A DNA stretch of 64,000 nt, from positions 101,007 to 165,006 of the IMG/VR virus record IMGVR_UViG_3300021431_000079; one strand, given 5' to 3'. Positions 39,001-50,000 of this stretch are shown here, piece after piece. Position numbers and translations under genes: made by a program. The stretch is from a virus (taxonomy: Duplodnaviria; Caudoviricetes). Numbering within the stretch: the stretch's first letter is position 1; each line of letters opens with the position of its first letter. A model generated the notes under the pieces. It saw only the letters and a program-made list of their open reading frames with translations, was not told the origin of the DNA and searched no databases.

Positions 39001-39813
39001 TTTAACAGCATCAGTATTTGTAGTTAAATTGATTTGCGTTGCAAGTCCGTCTGTATCTACAAAAATAGTAGTATCCTCTCCATAAGGATACTCAATATTC
39101 GAGCTTCCACAGTTCGGGCAAACACCACTAAAATCATCTCGTTTCCCACAGTTTTTACAATAGCTTCTTAAGTCGTAAGCTGAGATAGCTCTTTCAATAC
39201 TTCCATCAGGAAGAGTGCCAGAGTCATAAACAAAGATACATTGCACCTCTTGTGCAATAGTATTAAAAGTATCATAAACATTCTGACCATCCAATGAGAA
39301 CGTTCTTTGAATGTTCCTTAAGGATTCATCAACGTGTTTAATTGTAAAACCCATAGTAAAAGAAAGCACCCTATGTAAAAGGGACGCTTCTGGTTTTTGT
39401 GGATTAAAGAATACAGTAGGTTCTGTATATTCTTTTCGTAATATATCAGACTCAGTATTGATCTCAAGATTGTGAACGTTCATGTTAGATAGCTCAAACT
39501 CTGAGTTCGGTGTGAGGCTGATATTCTTTATCAATTCATTGCTTTCATCTACATCATATGTAAGTGCAAACCACTTATCATATTCTGGTATCCAAACCTT
39601 CCTGAAATTCTTGATCTCTTTCCAGTTGGCACTTGTAGCATCATCAACATAGTGCGTAGCGAAATTGATTTCAGTAGGAGAGTTCATATTGTCAGCAATA
39701 TGAAAACCAGTAATGTTATCAATCACACCAATCTTTTTACCACTACGAGTTGCTAAGACCATAGTCGGTTTTGTTGGTGTGTTTTTTCCATTGAATTTTA
39801 TCTTTATTGCCAT
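30067..39813 (-). CDS. Tal/central tail spike with repeats, carbohydrate-binding-like modules and a C-terminal intramolecular chaperone
   Basis: Follows Dit; prophage-tail-like N-terminus; three NKYLW repeats; KVEFGNKATAWTPAPED; SDRRLKKNI (peptidase S74-like). Confidence 0.85.
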   Translation of the reverse strand: MAIKIKFNGKNTPTKPTMVLATRSGKKIGVIDNITGFHIADNMNSPTEINFATHYVDDATSANWKEIKNFRKVWIPEYDKWFALTYDVDESNELIKNISLTPNSEFELSNMNVHNLEINTESDILRKEYTEPTVFFNPQKPEASLLHRVLSFTMGFTIKHVDESLRNIQRTFSLDGQNVYDTFNTIAQEVQCIFVYDSGTLPDGSIERAISAYDLRSYCKNCGKRDDFSGVCPNCGSSNIEYPYGEDTTIFVDTDGLATQINLTTNTDAVKNCFRLLSGDGLMDAAIISSNPNGSQYIWYFTDEMKEDMSPELKNGLSAYDADYEYYENTYDVPIPTAKLTLYNHLVDKYLPYKDDLVKIDDIIGYAQLMNAVYDVMDFQIYLESGLLPTLDMDTTAQEQANRITPINLPSVAVANLRSASSTTVDNAVVNATKIILDTRYKAKIVSSVYDSVNHIWTGSFEVTAVSDKEDTATTDTINIPINDTYEIYARQKIEKAVAQLDKNSYSITELFDLGIEDFKDRLKKYSRAGLASILSACEGAIGVMVEMGISNPTSAALVEGGVNAYTYIYLPYVQKLRAIEAEVKTRDEEIAAIEDLYDSLMERKHIINDTLDIVNYLGQDLATELYSYKMEDDYQNNNYISDGLDNAELFKKAAEFVQIANYEIHKAATENHSISTTLNNLLTIDEFKPLVNYFSVGNWIRIKVDGEIYRVRLLSYSIDFDSIDTIQVDFSDVVGHGDTSLSDIFESAKSMAKSYESIKYQAATSVQTKEQVNDWIKKGLDLTTMRILNATNQTMVLDDTGMSMKQWDDIEQDYSDFQSKWINTTLAFTTDNWETTETALGRFDYYNPKTGQIEEGYGIIAKQLIGNMILGEDMSIFSENGDVTIDKNGITITSNGDDDVNSNTFTIQKKTSDGQGGFNIEKQVYIDENGNLVFNGSSITMTTGKTFDETIADIQSQIDGTIETWNGSVVPTLTNEPAVNWRTDETKNRHLGDMYYVQSSDEYNGFAYRFSLINGQYQWYLIEDSSAAKAIADAAEALSKVNDLSGRAITSDVLYYLATNLDSGVTTSTPGWTTDASQAVISETNKYLWMYHLYTYGYGDSATQTSTTPIIVGTYGTSGTSGVGISSIVEKYAISNSSSSAPSDSEFTTTIPVMTPTDKYLWNYEIVNYSNGSIAPTGKRVIGVYGESGTDGRGIVSITNYYLATSQSSGVTKDTSGWTETIQNITPTNKYLWNYEEITYTTGNPSSTNPCIIGAYGNQGQAAVRRYLESDYYAVVRGNDGTNSPNRLVFHAYQKVGDNAPTDYVGRFTIETYNAESDSDRIYTFTQDDSTVTFNIQESLTYIKCSLYEAGGTTVLLDSQTIPVVADGTDSRVAILTNDSHMFAGGYTSAEVDSVTFDVIGYQGSTRVNTTVGTITGTIEGALTATVNYNGTTRTSITVSTTENLTQQTGFLTIPVTVGGVTINKIFSWSVIYMENSITEDIPLYISSDMTTPPSKPVVAVTETGNVANKWTQGRPLWTDVYCHLYMCHQLKYSDGHYEWTTVINDTLQEHFYQYDSSVQTLITNSSIQNIVNGKYTNHLDYLDDSLGDTGLSWLVNYGSFLYPNDGRCYFCGFNDSGNRADVDGWVWWNKQKVNIAKGVWIYPANGMYTDVIPYNTPIYHVYRTSDSGHYDAWWDENTKSYKAVKYTANDGSHGNPFLWAFVESTDIVIATYMYGEDGVIFGGELFTPPKKGSSITGVTQSQAQVTILEQSIEAKVQQAFDDFSIGGRNIVLDTVYPASIIGTSESVVSNDSYYLSDTWRSYSDNVIDGWVTFSYDWSTSDNVTPSGSIYVGFNVPPRLPENVSGVADISTGSGHVSESFKITSADKSANFTKIRVEGRQLPDGLIVTIRNLKVEFGNKATAWTPAPEDSYRRGGEQLLLDTNTPGTIRISAVADKKIVATGSLRNTVSIREDSNYGFEMPQTNIRYLVRCLCSSSPDNNYYGIAFYDDDCGTILTAGETYTVSCYGIIGSGNTIAFGYKTDPNATDYTIIYESDVASVGWQRYSFTFVAPENTMKNGGIAFAFLVKYNAVASNEMCGFKIERGSYASEWCLADKELSSVDNMLTYPYLAHGNNEGTSDYVIQKSGITYTIHTDGSVTANGTSDIGGSYIDINRVELQPGAYSLSGCYPGGSNASYYMRLSTVSTSPIVYWYDYGTGVSLVLTEKTEMLIRICVGSGATVNNITFYPMLESGIIIHAWKSPVDNSATRIKKAEASIKINADSIESKVSEEDFNGNEIISRVNQTATTYQVDAERINLNGAVTYSSFNNEVKNDLKATKANYGLCTTSANTAAKTTTINDFLLYTGATVTVYFNNENTVANPTLNVSGTGAKPIYANGAAITSDYYWKNKDTVTFIYDGTNWVLTETSAQKAAIAAQLAADNAQQTADDANAAVTSLSATIPAINLVPSVYNREYVSGSPWTVNGLTFTVNPDGSVKVTGTATRETYFTITGYTLPELTNEQSVLFIDPNKKYRLSGCPSGGTNTSYSLCARCTADGTTPTATSGTIYTDSGSGVTVSAGFKYVHLYIVIFSGYATPSDGITFFPMFETGETTHTYVSNRGVMKTIKQTTPIYYRSTTNTIPSKPTSTTTIYSTLSDSDTNKWCKSMPDPKRNCYYFMCDMIVYTDGITSFTDVTALSTLSYSSLWCNSNDKTKIDGAQIYTGSITADKIKVNNLESISANIGGWAINGTRIEKDLTGSGGYRVGMQNTATATNGSAVFYAGTNTAAGGAIASETASNFYVRQDGYMYCKNAKIAGNITASSGNIAGWVISTNDIHKFTNYTVGTPTDSAYLKKIWGTENAGDGGWAISVQKCSYDGSTFSNYTPTFVVRNDGHLVAKSAEISGTVNATTGRFGRWVINDTEIYNQSTVTSGTSSTQYNVRLYCPSNPKADSVALQCRQRTYNGSTYGTYSNTFYINYDGYIYAANGGRLGAWNIGTGTNGALFNGMTSFTDPNHNGVYLGSNGIAFAKSSVYIKSTGEYKFGSIQSVSSSSTNDDTWVTNALFVSYGLELLADNDGNSPYIDFHREMKQPGQSGGYDYSARIINSGTNTVAFQGRHTSSGATVENCTVTAHTFSATTMIASNYNNPSDRRLKKNIVKLNANDSEDFIKGLIPSKFEYISDENSDHHHGFIYDEVDPIKKDNKWVVSRQIGTTVDDKEVYYGAVNLTEIIPDIVAVLQKELKRSDERYENAMSKIAELEDKIALMSK

Positions 39814-39817
39814 TTTA

Positions 39818-40615
39818 TCACACTCCAATCTTTGCTAATGGACGATAAGATATCGTAACATTACATGGCATAGATAAAGTATACGTGTTCCTTTTCTCAT
39901 CAAATGTATTTATAACTTTTGGATAGATATAATTAAAATCATTTGCTATATCATGTGAAGTATCACCAGAGGTGATGATAGGATGATAAATAGCGATAGA
40001 TTCATTTGCGCTACAGTTTTTAATTACAGTTGATTCATCAGGTGTCATATTATTGGAGATAGTTAAGTCTCCGCTATTTAAACAAGTGATGATAAACTTC
40101 GGATACAGTGTACCAACTTCATCTGAGGTGTTAAGAATAGAAAGTGAAGTTGTGTTGTTGTATGTGTAGCTTCTCTCCATATCCCATCCAAAAGGACTAT
40201 TCGTAGTTAATGTTAATTCCAATCCAATGATATTTGTTCCTGCTCTAACCTGATTGATAGTGAAAGAGCCATAATATGTTATGTTCTCATAACCGTTTGA
40301 ATACAATTGAAATGGCAAGTATTCTTTTCTCTGTAACCATCTTGCCAAATCCCTTACGTCTTCTACAGATAAATAATCACCTTGTGACCACATATCACAA
40401 ACACTTTTGCAAATACAAAACGTTGTCGTTATAACAGTTTCATATGATATTCCTGATATTGTCCGTTTAATCCCATGTTGTAGCGGCACTTCAGCGAATG
40501 TAATCTCAGCACCATTAGAGATCTGATCATTTATCCCACTAAACTGGCAAATAATATATCCTTTTTCACTTAAAAGGATTCCATCATACATAAAATCCAT
40601 TGCGCTTACACTCAT
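39818..40615 (-). CDS. Distal tail protein (Dit)
   Basis: Lies between tape measure and Tal; NSPFGW motif. Confidence 0.75.
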   Translation of the reverse strand: MSVSAMDFMYDGILLSEKGYIICQFSGINDQISNGAEITFAEVPLQHGIKRTISGISYETVITTTFCICKSVCDMWSQGDYLSVEDVRDLARWLQRKEYLPFQLYSNGYENITYYGSFTINQVRAGTNIIGLELTLTTNSPFGWDMERSYTYNNTTSLSILNTSDEVGTLYPKFIITCLNSGDLTISNNMTPDESTVIKNCSANESIAIYHPIITSGDTSHDIANDFNYIYPKVINTFDEKRNTYTLSMPCNVTISYRPLAKIGV

Positions 40616-40634
40616 CGCGCCACCTCCCGATATT

Positions 40635-40937
40635 TTAGAGTCTTAGCTTCAACTGAAGAATCTTATCGTCAATATCCAGTTGCGACTCTTTCATTTCTTT
40701 CAATCCATTTATAGTTTCTTTTAGTTCATTCATTTTTTCCTGATATTCATTTTTTAAATTTGAAAGATCAGATACGAGCTTATTGTATTCATCAATAGTT
40801 TGATTCACAGTATCACGAGCCTGAGTAATCTCTTTTTCCTCAGATAATTCCTTTAGCTGTTGTCTCAGCTTATCATTTTCTTCGACAAGCTCTGAATTAC
40901 GATCTCTCAATATTTGAATTGTTTTGTTATAATCCAT
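40635..40937 (-). CDS. Coiled-coil hypothetical protein
   Basis: Heptad-rich ORF with GGAG RBS. Confidence 0.55.
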   Translation of the reverse strand: MDYNKTIQILRDRNSELVEENDKLRQQLKELSEEKEITQARDTVNQTIDEYNKLVSDLSNLKNEYQEKMNELKETINGLKEMKESQLDIDDKILQLKLRL

Positions 40938-40956
40938 GATATATTCTCCAAAATAA

Positions 40957-40988
40957 AGTAGAGTCTGCACTTTCGCACAGACTCTACT
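40957..40988 (-). terminator. Hairpin downstream of the tape measure gene
   Basis: AGTAGAGTCTG...CAGACTCTACT. Confidence 0.65.
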
Positions 40989-41002
40989 TATATTATATAT
41001 TG

Positions 41003-44000
41003 TTAAAACTTCACATTGTACTTATCAAATCTGCTTGTTCCTTTCAGTCTGTTATTCAACATTGCGTCAAACATTCTTTCCCACTTGTCACTACTCTGAA
41101 TCTGTCTCATCAGATCCTCAAAGTCGGAAACATTGGAAATAGGAATAGTAATATTAATATCATTATTAATATCACCTGCATTATTTGTATTAACAATGTT
41201 TGTATCCTTAAGAACAGTAGACATGAACTTCTCAGGATCTTTGAGCATTCTCCACATATTATCTGTAGCCTGAGCATCCACGACCATGCTTTGTCTTGCC
41301 AATGGAGTAAGGATACTACCATCAGGACGAACAATAGTTTCCGTACCACGTTCGTTAACAAGAGCAAATCTATCTTTGTCTACAGATTGTGTACCTGTCC
41401 AATATCCCTTAAGCTGATCAAGAGATACCCAACCAAGGTCAGACCAAGGATCTCCGGGTTTAGTACCTGCCTTTCTAATACGATAAGGTTTACTAACTCC
41501 TGCGTAATTCGTAGCAGTCTGATAAATCTCTACGGCATTAGGCTGTCCAGAGAACTGAGAACCAACAGGCTTTACACCCCATGCGGAATAGTTATATTGT
41601 CCAGTGAATGTGACAATGTCACCTACCTCTGGTTTACCATTTCCTTGTGAGGTATTCTTGGCAGAATTGACCGCGGCTTTAGCACCAACACCTACACTGC
41701 CAGACCCGTTTCCTGCGCCAGTATTTGACTTAACAGGTTTGAGGTTTGAAACATCAGCTTTGGTGTATGTACCATTCCCCTTTGCGGCGGCTGAATTTGC
41801 ATTCGCTTTCACATTGGAAGAAGATGGCGTACCAGTTTTTGTCTCAAACAATTTCTCCATAAGCTCTCTGATTTTGTCAAGATCATCTTTAACACTTCCC
41901 ATGTTATTGATAACATCACCGACTTTTCCAGTTCCCATATCAATGGCGGCTAAGATATTAGAAGCTTTATCCATCTCCTGAATCTTATTTTTCACGCCAT
42001 TAATCTGATCCTGAATGGCAGTTGAGTTCTCATCAAACGAACGTTTGATCGCATTAGTATCTCCATTGCCAAGGTATGCATCAAGAGCAGTTCCAATGTT
42101 ATTGATAGATGTACCGACAGATCCACTCTCACCAATCAATGCTTTCTGTAATGTAGAGGCCATTGTATTGATAAGATTCTGGATAGACTGTTCGCCAGAA
42201 AGAGCAGAGTTGATAACAGACAAGTCTTCACTGAATGCATTATGGATATTCTCAGAGAGATTTCCATCACCAGTTCCAAGAAGCTTTGCAATGTTATCAA
42301 TCTTCTCAGCATTCAACGTGATACCATATACCGAATCTCCAATTAAGGATGCGGCAGTTTGTCCATCGTATCCAAGAGCAGAAGCTACAGCAGTCAAGTA
42401 TCCTTCAATCAATCCTGCGTGTGTAGAAATGTTTTCAAGCGTACTTGTCTGTCCGTTGGTTAATGTCTCAGTAATGATAGCACGATCATTGGAAAGTTCG
42501 GTCATCAACTCAGAGGTATATGTAGCAAGAGCAGGAAGACTATTAAAGTCAGAGCTTGCAAATACTTCATTAACCCCAGAAGTCACCTGATAACCAACAT
42601 TTCCCGCAACTGTATTGATGGTATCACTAATCTGTCCAGACGCAAGGTTAATCTCGCCGATCTGTTCAGCAATTAAAACATCCAGATTGTCAAGTCTTTC
42701 ATTGAGTACAGTATTGAAATCATCATACAGACCATTTAACAATTCCTTCTGATCAGAAATAGCTCTCTCGTAAAGAGTTTCTTGTAAACTTTCTTGAGCA
42801 GTTTCCAGAGAATTGTTAAGTTCCTGAAGTCTCTTACGATTTTCTTCTGAATCATCACCAGAAAGAGCGGCAAGCTGTTTCTGAATATTAGTAATGTTCT
42901 TAGTCTGGTTAGCTACATTCTTCTGATAGTCATAAAGAGATTTCTGCTGATCAAGGGCATTGCTATATGTATCAATGAGTTCCTTGAGATAGGAGAGTGT
43001 GCTTTGGATTCCCTGTTCAACGAGACTCTTTAATGCTTGCTTCTCTTGTTCTGCGGCAAGAATCATTTCCTGCTGAAGCTCAAGAAGCTGTTTACGTCTC
43101 TCATAAAGAGTTTTGTTATTCGGATCTTTTGCAAGGTCTTCAGATATCTTAAGCATCTCATCTCTGTACTCGTCTGCCTGTTGCATATAGACATTGTAGT
43201 TTAATCCATGCAAACCTTTAGTGCTCATACCACGATTAGTAATATAGCCTTGGTCAGAATACATCTTAAAGTTTGACATAAGATTGATTAAGAAATCAGC
43301 CTCAGAGGTAATATCTCCAATCATGGTTTGAGTAAGATCAAATTTATCCCACTGAAGCTGACGAATAGCATTATTATATTCTATAATACTATTAGTCATT
43401 TCATCAATAGCAATAGTAACTTGATCAACCTGATTCTTGTAATTGTACCACGCCTCAGAACCTTCCTCTACAGCACCAGTATCAACAGCCTCTTGGAACA
43501 TAGTAAGCATTTCTTCATGCTTCTTATTAAGAATGAACATCTGGGTTTCTGCGTTGTCAATAAGCTTTTCATAATACTTCTGACTTACAAGATAGCCCTT
43601 CTGTTCTGTTCTATTGATAGCACTGTTGATTAAATTGCTTGCGTTCTCAAAAGATGTGAGTACGGAATCTGCACGATTCTGAATAAGATCAAATGCTTCT
43701 TGGTAAAGATTGGAAATATCCATGCAGAGATCGTATAAGGAATCCTGCATTTTTATAGCCTTATTGTACCATTCAGTATAGCTCTTAATAGAATTACTAA
43801 GCTCCTCATTCTGAATGTTCTCAATATCAATTGCACCCTTACGAACAAGTTCTTTATAGTAATCACTGAGCGGAATGTTCTCTGCCTCAGTCATATATCG
43901 CCAGTAAGCGGCTCTTGTCACAGCGATCTCATCATTAACATTATTGATGTTATCCATGATAGCATCCGCTCTGGTCTTATACTTCTGGAACGAGTTACCA

Positions 44001-47000
44001 ATTACCTTATCAAGTTTTGCAATTTCTTCTTCAAGTCTCTGAATCTTTACCTCAATCCAGTCAATAACCTCTGAAAACTCATTGGCATTTTCTGTAGCAT
44101 CAGAGCCTCCGCTTCCACCAGAACCTTCAGATGGAGTACGATCAGAACCGCCACCAGAACCACCAGAATCTTTTGCATTATCTGCGGCAAGACGATTTGC
44201 AATATCCTGAACATTGATACCACCATTGGCTTTAAGGAGTTCGATTTGGTAAAGATTCTTTGCAAGAGTATTACGAAGATCGTTAAGAACATTGGTATCA
44301 CCCGTTATGATCTCTTCAAGTCTTGCTTTCGCTTCTGCATAACGCTGTTCTACATCTTGCCTGAAAATATTATTCCTATTAGTATCATCAGTAACAAGAC
44401 CATCATTATCAAGAACACGCTCGAAATCTAATTTGGCATTTTTTCCAACATCTCTTTTATATTTTTTCGCAACGCTATTAGATTCTTTTACTCCTGCTAC
44501 AGTAACGCTATGGTTAATAGTATCTCTTATATTTTCTATACCATTATATAAAGTAGACGCAAATGAACCAACAGAAGATTTGACATCAGAAACAAACCAA
44601 TCACCAATTGGCTTTGCAACATTCCCGAAAAATGTACCAAGATTAGTCTTAATAGAATCTTTAAGATTTGAGAACATGGTAGTAACGCCACTTGTGTCCA
44701 CGCCACCCATATCTACATTTCCACCGTTTCCAGTGAAAATATTCTTTACTGCTTGAGCGGCAGAATTTGCTTTGTTTCCAATATTAATTAATGCAGTTTG
44801 AAGATTGGAGCTTGATGTACTGGCGTTCTGTTGCATTTTTGTAAACGCATCAGCGAATGCCTCAAGAACAGCCTGAGCAACATTAATACCCTTTTCCTCT
44901 ACATAATCATCGTTCTCCTGAAGCATCTTAGAAGAATCTGAAGAAATGGTAACCTGATCGGTTTTTGCCGCCGCATAGTTCTCCATTTCATTATTGAGAC
45001 TATCTGTATACTCTTGATTTTCAGTATGGATATTTTCTATTTCAGCATTGGTCTTTGCATCATCTGTCTCAGTTTCATCAACATCATTTTCTTGTTTATT
45101 TTCAGAAGCGTTGTTGTCAGATTCAATCTTATAATCCGTTAAAGCTTCCTGATCATCAGCAATCATCTTTGCCGCTTGAACATAAGAATCAACTTGAGCT
45201 TGATCGCTCTCTTCAGCATTCTGAACAACAGCATCAGCATTTTCAAGCTTAAGCAATGTTGACTCCATATCAGCAATGTTCTCGCTTTCAAGTGCAGCCT
45301 TAGCGGCTTTAACTCTCTGCTCATAATACTGAATCTGAGATTGAAGAACTACGTTATTGTTTTCAAGCTCTTTAACCTTTGCGTCAATATCACCCTTAAG
45401 TTCTGCTTCTCTGGTCTTAATAAAGTTCTCATAAATTTCTTTATTTAACTCTACAGTGCCATCACCGTAAATCTTGGCATTCTCAAGAAGCTGTGGGAAA
45501 TAATTAAACACATCATCCGATCCACTCATATCAAGATGAAGACCAGTAGTGTTTACCTTATTGATAAACTCAGCAAGCTGATTCATTTCACCACGAACAT
45601 CCTTAAGAACATTCATAGTGTGATCCATTGAGAAGGGTTGATTTCCAAGGTTATAGAAAGAATTGATTAGCGCATCTATCTTTCCTCTAAGCTCATCTGG
45701 AATACCTTCTTCAGCGGCAAGCTCACGAAGTCTAAGAATCAACGAATCACTCTTTTCGTTAAGCAACATGGCAACAGCATTACGAAGCTCGTGTACACTT
45801 CCAGTGTGACCAATTAACTCTGGGAACTGCTGAAGAAGAGTATTAACAAGAGAAGTAAACTCTACGGAATCCTCTCTTATATCAACGCTCATCAATGTGG
45901 TGTATGCATCATGAAGAGTATTGATTTCTGACTCGACATCAGAGATAGCTTGTGTAAATGATCTTGCTTCATCACCTGCACGATCAAAATAAATCTTGTC
46001 AAGCTGATCAGCAATATCTTTAAGACCACCCTTAATATCATAGGTTGTGATACCAGAAAGAATTCTTAAAAACTCATTGAAAGCCGCTTTTGCTTCATCT
46101 GTCATATTTTCCAGACCATCAAGTCCAGATGTATTCCTAAGAAACTCTTGATAAAGTAATCCAAGTTGATCTTTAAGGTATGAGATTGCAATAGATGTTT
46201 GATCATCACTATCTGCAAACTGCTTCATATATGAAGATAAACCCGGAATTATTTGATTAAGTTTGTTATAAGTATCATAATCTTTCTCAATATCTTCCCA
46301 AAGTTTACCACCATGTTCACTGTCATTTGTAAGAGTGCTGATAACTTGACTTATTGTTTCGGCCTCAGACTTAACAGTATCCATATAGCTATTAAGATTA
46401 GTTTCTTGACCATCTACATATATAGAAAGATTAAGAAGCTTCTCAGTGTCAATTCTATGTTTGAGTTTTTCAAAGTCTGCTTGAATCTCATCAAGGCTTG
46501 CATTTTCATCTATATCAAGTGTGAGTGCAAGAGAAAGATCTTCCGAAGAAAGCGAACGTAACCAGTTATCAATTTCTTGCTTTTGATAAGTCCAGTTTCT
46601 ATTATTGGTTAATCCAAGATCATCTACCCTATTTAAAAGAGATTGTCTTGTGTTACTAACAGTATCGTATTCTTTCTTCCATGCTTCTTCACGTTGCTCT
46701 AACCACGCTAAGCCCGCTTCCCCACCTGCTTCCGCATATAACTTGATAACATTATGCAGACCGCCTTTTATCATGTTAATAACATTATGATCGGGGACAA
46801 ATCCATATGTTTCTAACAATGTTTGTTGTTCGGATTCATCAATACCATCCTGAATTATTCCAAGTAATTGTTCGTATTCAGAAATAGCAGAAGAGAATCC
46901 TTCATCATCAAGCATATCTGATATGGAATTAAATTGTGCTATAGCGTCTCCATAATGATTAACCGCATCTGAAAAAGAAACACCTTGATCTGTTAATTGA

Positions 47001-50000
47001 AGTATTAAACGTTTTTGAGCATTAGATATAGTATCTGGATTAACACTATAGCCACCAGACACAGCAGAAATAGACGCAATTGAACCATCCCATTTATACT
47101 TTATTTCTTCATTACTTCCCGCATCAATCCATACATCATGCTTAACTTCATTATATCTCTGAAGAATAGACTTCTGAGCATTAACAGCGCTATTATATAT
47201 ATTATTGATATACTCGTCAAAGCCTGCAACATCGACTCCAAGAGCTTCCAACATTACATCAAATTGTTCTTTGATCTTGGTAAGAGATGTTTCATTTACA
47301 CCCTCTTCAGCAAGCCACGGAAATACTTCAACAAGAGAATTTCTTTCATCACCAGTAAGAGAGTAGATACTATCTATACCTTTTTCAATAAGAGCGATGT
47401 TGTTTTTGTATAAGTTAATATAACCAGAAGCATCCTCATCGGCAAGAAGCTGTTCAAGAGATGTAAACTTTTTAGAAGACATATAATCTTCATACATCTG
47501 AATGGCTTCTGTTGCAGATGTAGCATCAGCAGTTACTTTAGCCCAGATCTCTTTTTGATATTTACCGAAATCTTTAGTATATTCCTCAAGCTCATCTTGC
47601 GCTTTTTTAAATTTACCCGGATCAACACTATCATCAAAAAATCCTTCTACTTGTTTTGAAATATTAAATGCATTAGAAGATTCCTTTGCCTCGTCTTTTA
47701 ACGCTCTAAGAACGGCAAGCAATTCTTCAGCACCTTCGACTTCAGATAATGTTGCCTCAAGATCATCCCACTTTTTATCAATAAGCGTATTAAGCATATC
47801 AATAGTAAGCTCACCACCATTAACAATTTCTGGGAATGAACCTGCAAGGGTTTCGTATAGATCAAGCTTATCTGAAGCAGACATTGTATAGAAGTTATCT
47901 ATAGCATTGCCAAGCTTCTCCCATAAAGCAACTGCATCGTCTACTTGTTTTTTAGAAGATTCATCTGTAAGGAAAGAAGATAAAGATATAGGTTCGCCTT
48001 TTAATTTATCCTCATATTCTTGTCTTATAGCATCTATTGCACTAAATATAGTGAACCCTTCAGTATCAACATTTTCTTCGCGTATCTTCTTTATTCGTGC
48101 ATAAAAATCAGTAAGTTCTTTTTCACTATTTATACTGTAAGTTTTATATAAATCTTCTAATTCGGTTTCTACAACACGATCATCACTATCAGAAATTCCA
48201 AATAATTCTTTAATGCTAATAAAATCATTAGAGTTATTATAATCATTATATATTTCTCTTTGCTTCTCGCTTGCGGCTTTAATAATGTTAAAGCCATAGT
48301 AATCAAATATATCATCAATAGAGGACTGGATTAGTTTTTTTTCATTATTATCTAAAGCTGTAGAACCAAGTATAGCAAATATAATATTAGTCTTTATTGA
48401 ATTTATTGATTCCTCTACATCAGTTGCCAATCTACCACTAATTAAATCACCGTTATTGACGAAATCTGCATTGATTAAATCAGAAAGTGAATTTAATATT
48501 ATCCCCGAACTATCATTAGATAAAGCAGTTGTAAACGCAGTTAATATAGAGTCTACATAATCATGTTGAGTAATTCCATCCGAAACAATTTTAGTGATAT
48601 CAGATTCAGAAATACCAGAAAACAAATTAGATAATAATTGATAAAAAATATTATCACTTTTTAAAATATCAGAATCTGGTAATTTTGTGAAAGAAGACTC
48701 AAATTCAGCTATAAATAAACTTCGCATGTTATCTATATCAGTCATTGACTCTGTACGATATTCATCTAATTTAGCAAGTGCCTCATTCATATTATCATGA
48801 TACATTTCTAAAGTACCATCTAAATTGAATAACGTACCACCATTATACATATCAATATCTAACATGCCAGTATCACGAAGAGCGTATACTACATCACTTG
48901 CAAGTATATTATATTTTTTTGAAAATTCATTTATTGAATCGTTTATTAACGATGGAATATTATTTCTGTTATCATTAAGATTGCCGTCTATAATAGAAAA
49001 TATATTTTTTGCTAAATCAAAATAATCTGTTGGTGCTATATTCTCTTCGTATAAACCACCAGTTAATCTATTTTGAATATTTAAGTTGTTCTTTCTGATA
49101 TTAGATGAGTCAAGGATTAAAACATTATTGGCTTTTTCTCTTTCGGCATCTAAAGCTTTATTAAGAAGATCAACATTATCCTTTACTTTTAAAATTACTC
49201 TACCCTGATCATCATATCCTTTTACGAGTCTTGGAAACATATCAGCTATCTGAGAAGATATATTATGATATTCATCAAACTCATCAGTTGTAAGACCAAT
49301 ATTATTACCAACAGAATCAACACCAGATGCAAGTTCTATATATCTCTCACGAAGCTTCTTAATACTTTCGCTGTTTTTTTTATATGTAGAATCAAGCGTT
49401 TCGAATTCACCAAAAGTAGATTTTACTTTTTCTGCTATTATATTAGACTCATTAGCCGCATTATATGCTACCTCAATAAGTTTACTAATTCCATAACTTA
49501 CAGCTGCAAAAATGGCGGTCATACCTATGTTACCAAGCAAAGATATTGAACTCTTTAAAATATTATTAAATAAGTTACCAGACTTTCCAGTTTTTGTAAA
49601 TGCCTGTGCCAACCCATTCGATGTTACAATTGCATCTTTTTGCGAATTCGTAAACTTATTTAAAACATCATCTGATAACGTTAAATCTTTTCCATATTTT
49701 TCAACAGCCGCATTAAGAGCCGTTTGTGTATTATATGATGCGTCAGAAGTTAAAAGCCTCTCAGCTTCGGCTCTTATCTTTTCATATTTTCCAAGTGTAT
49801 CATTAGATATAGATAATTTAAAACCAGATTTGTTTCTTTTAAAAAATTGACCTATATTAGATAATGAATCCCCAATCTCAGATACTCTTTTTCCAAAGAT
49901 GGTAATCTTTTTTATGCCATCTGCGCTCACTATAGTTCCAAAAGCACCAAGCTTCTTATATGTTAATAACGCTCCTAAAGCAGCAAAAACACTTTTTTGC

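Noticed and set aside
22497-39813. Diversity-generating retroelement targeting the tail genes
   Set aside because: No reverse transcriptase in the window, and no roughly 100-bp repeat pair differing only at adenines was seen.
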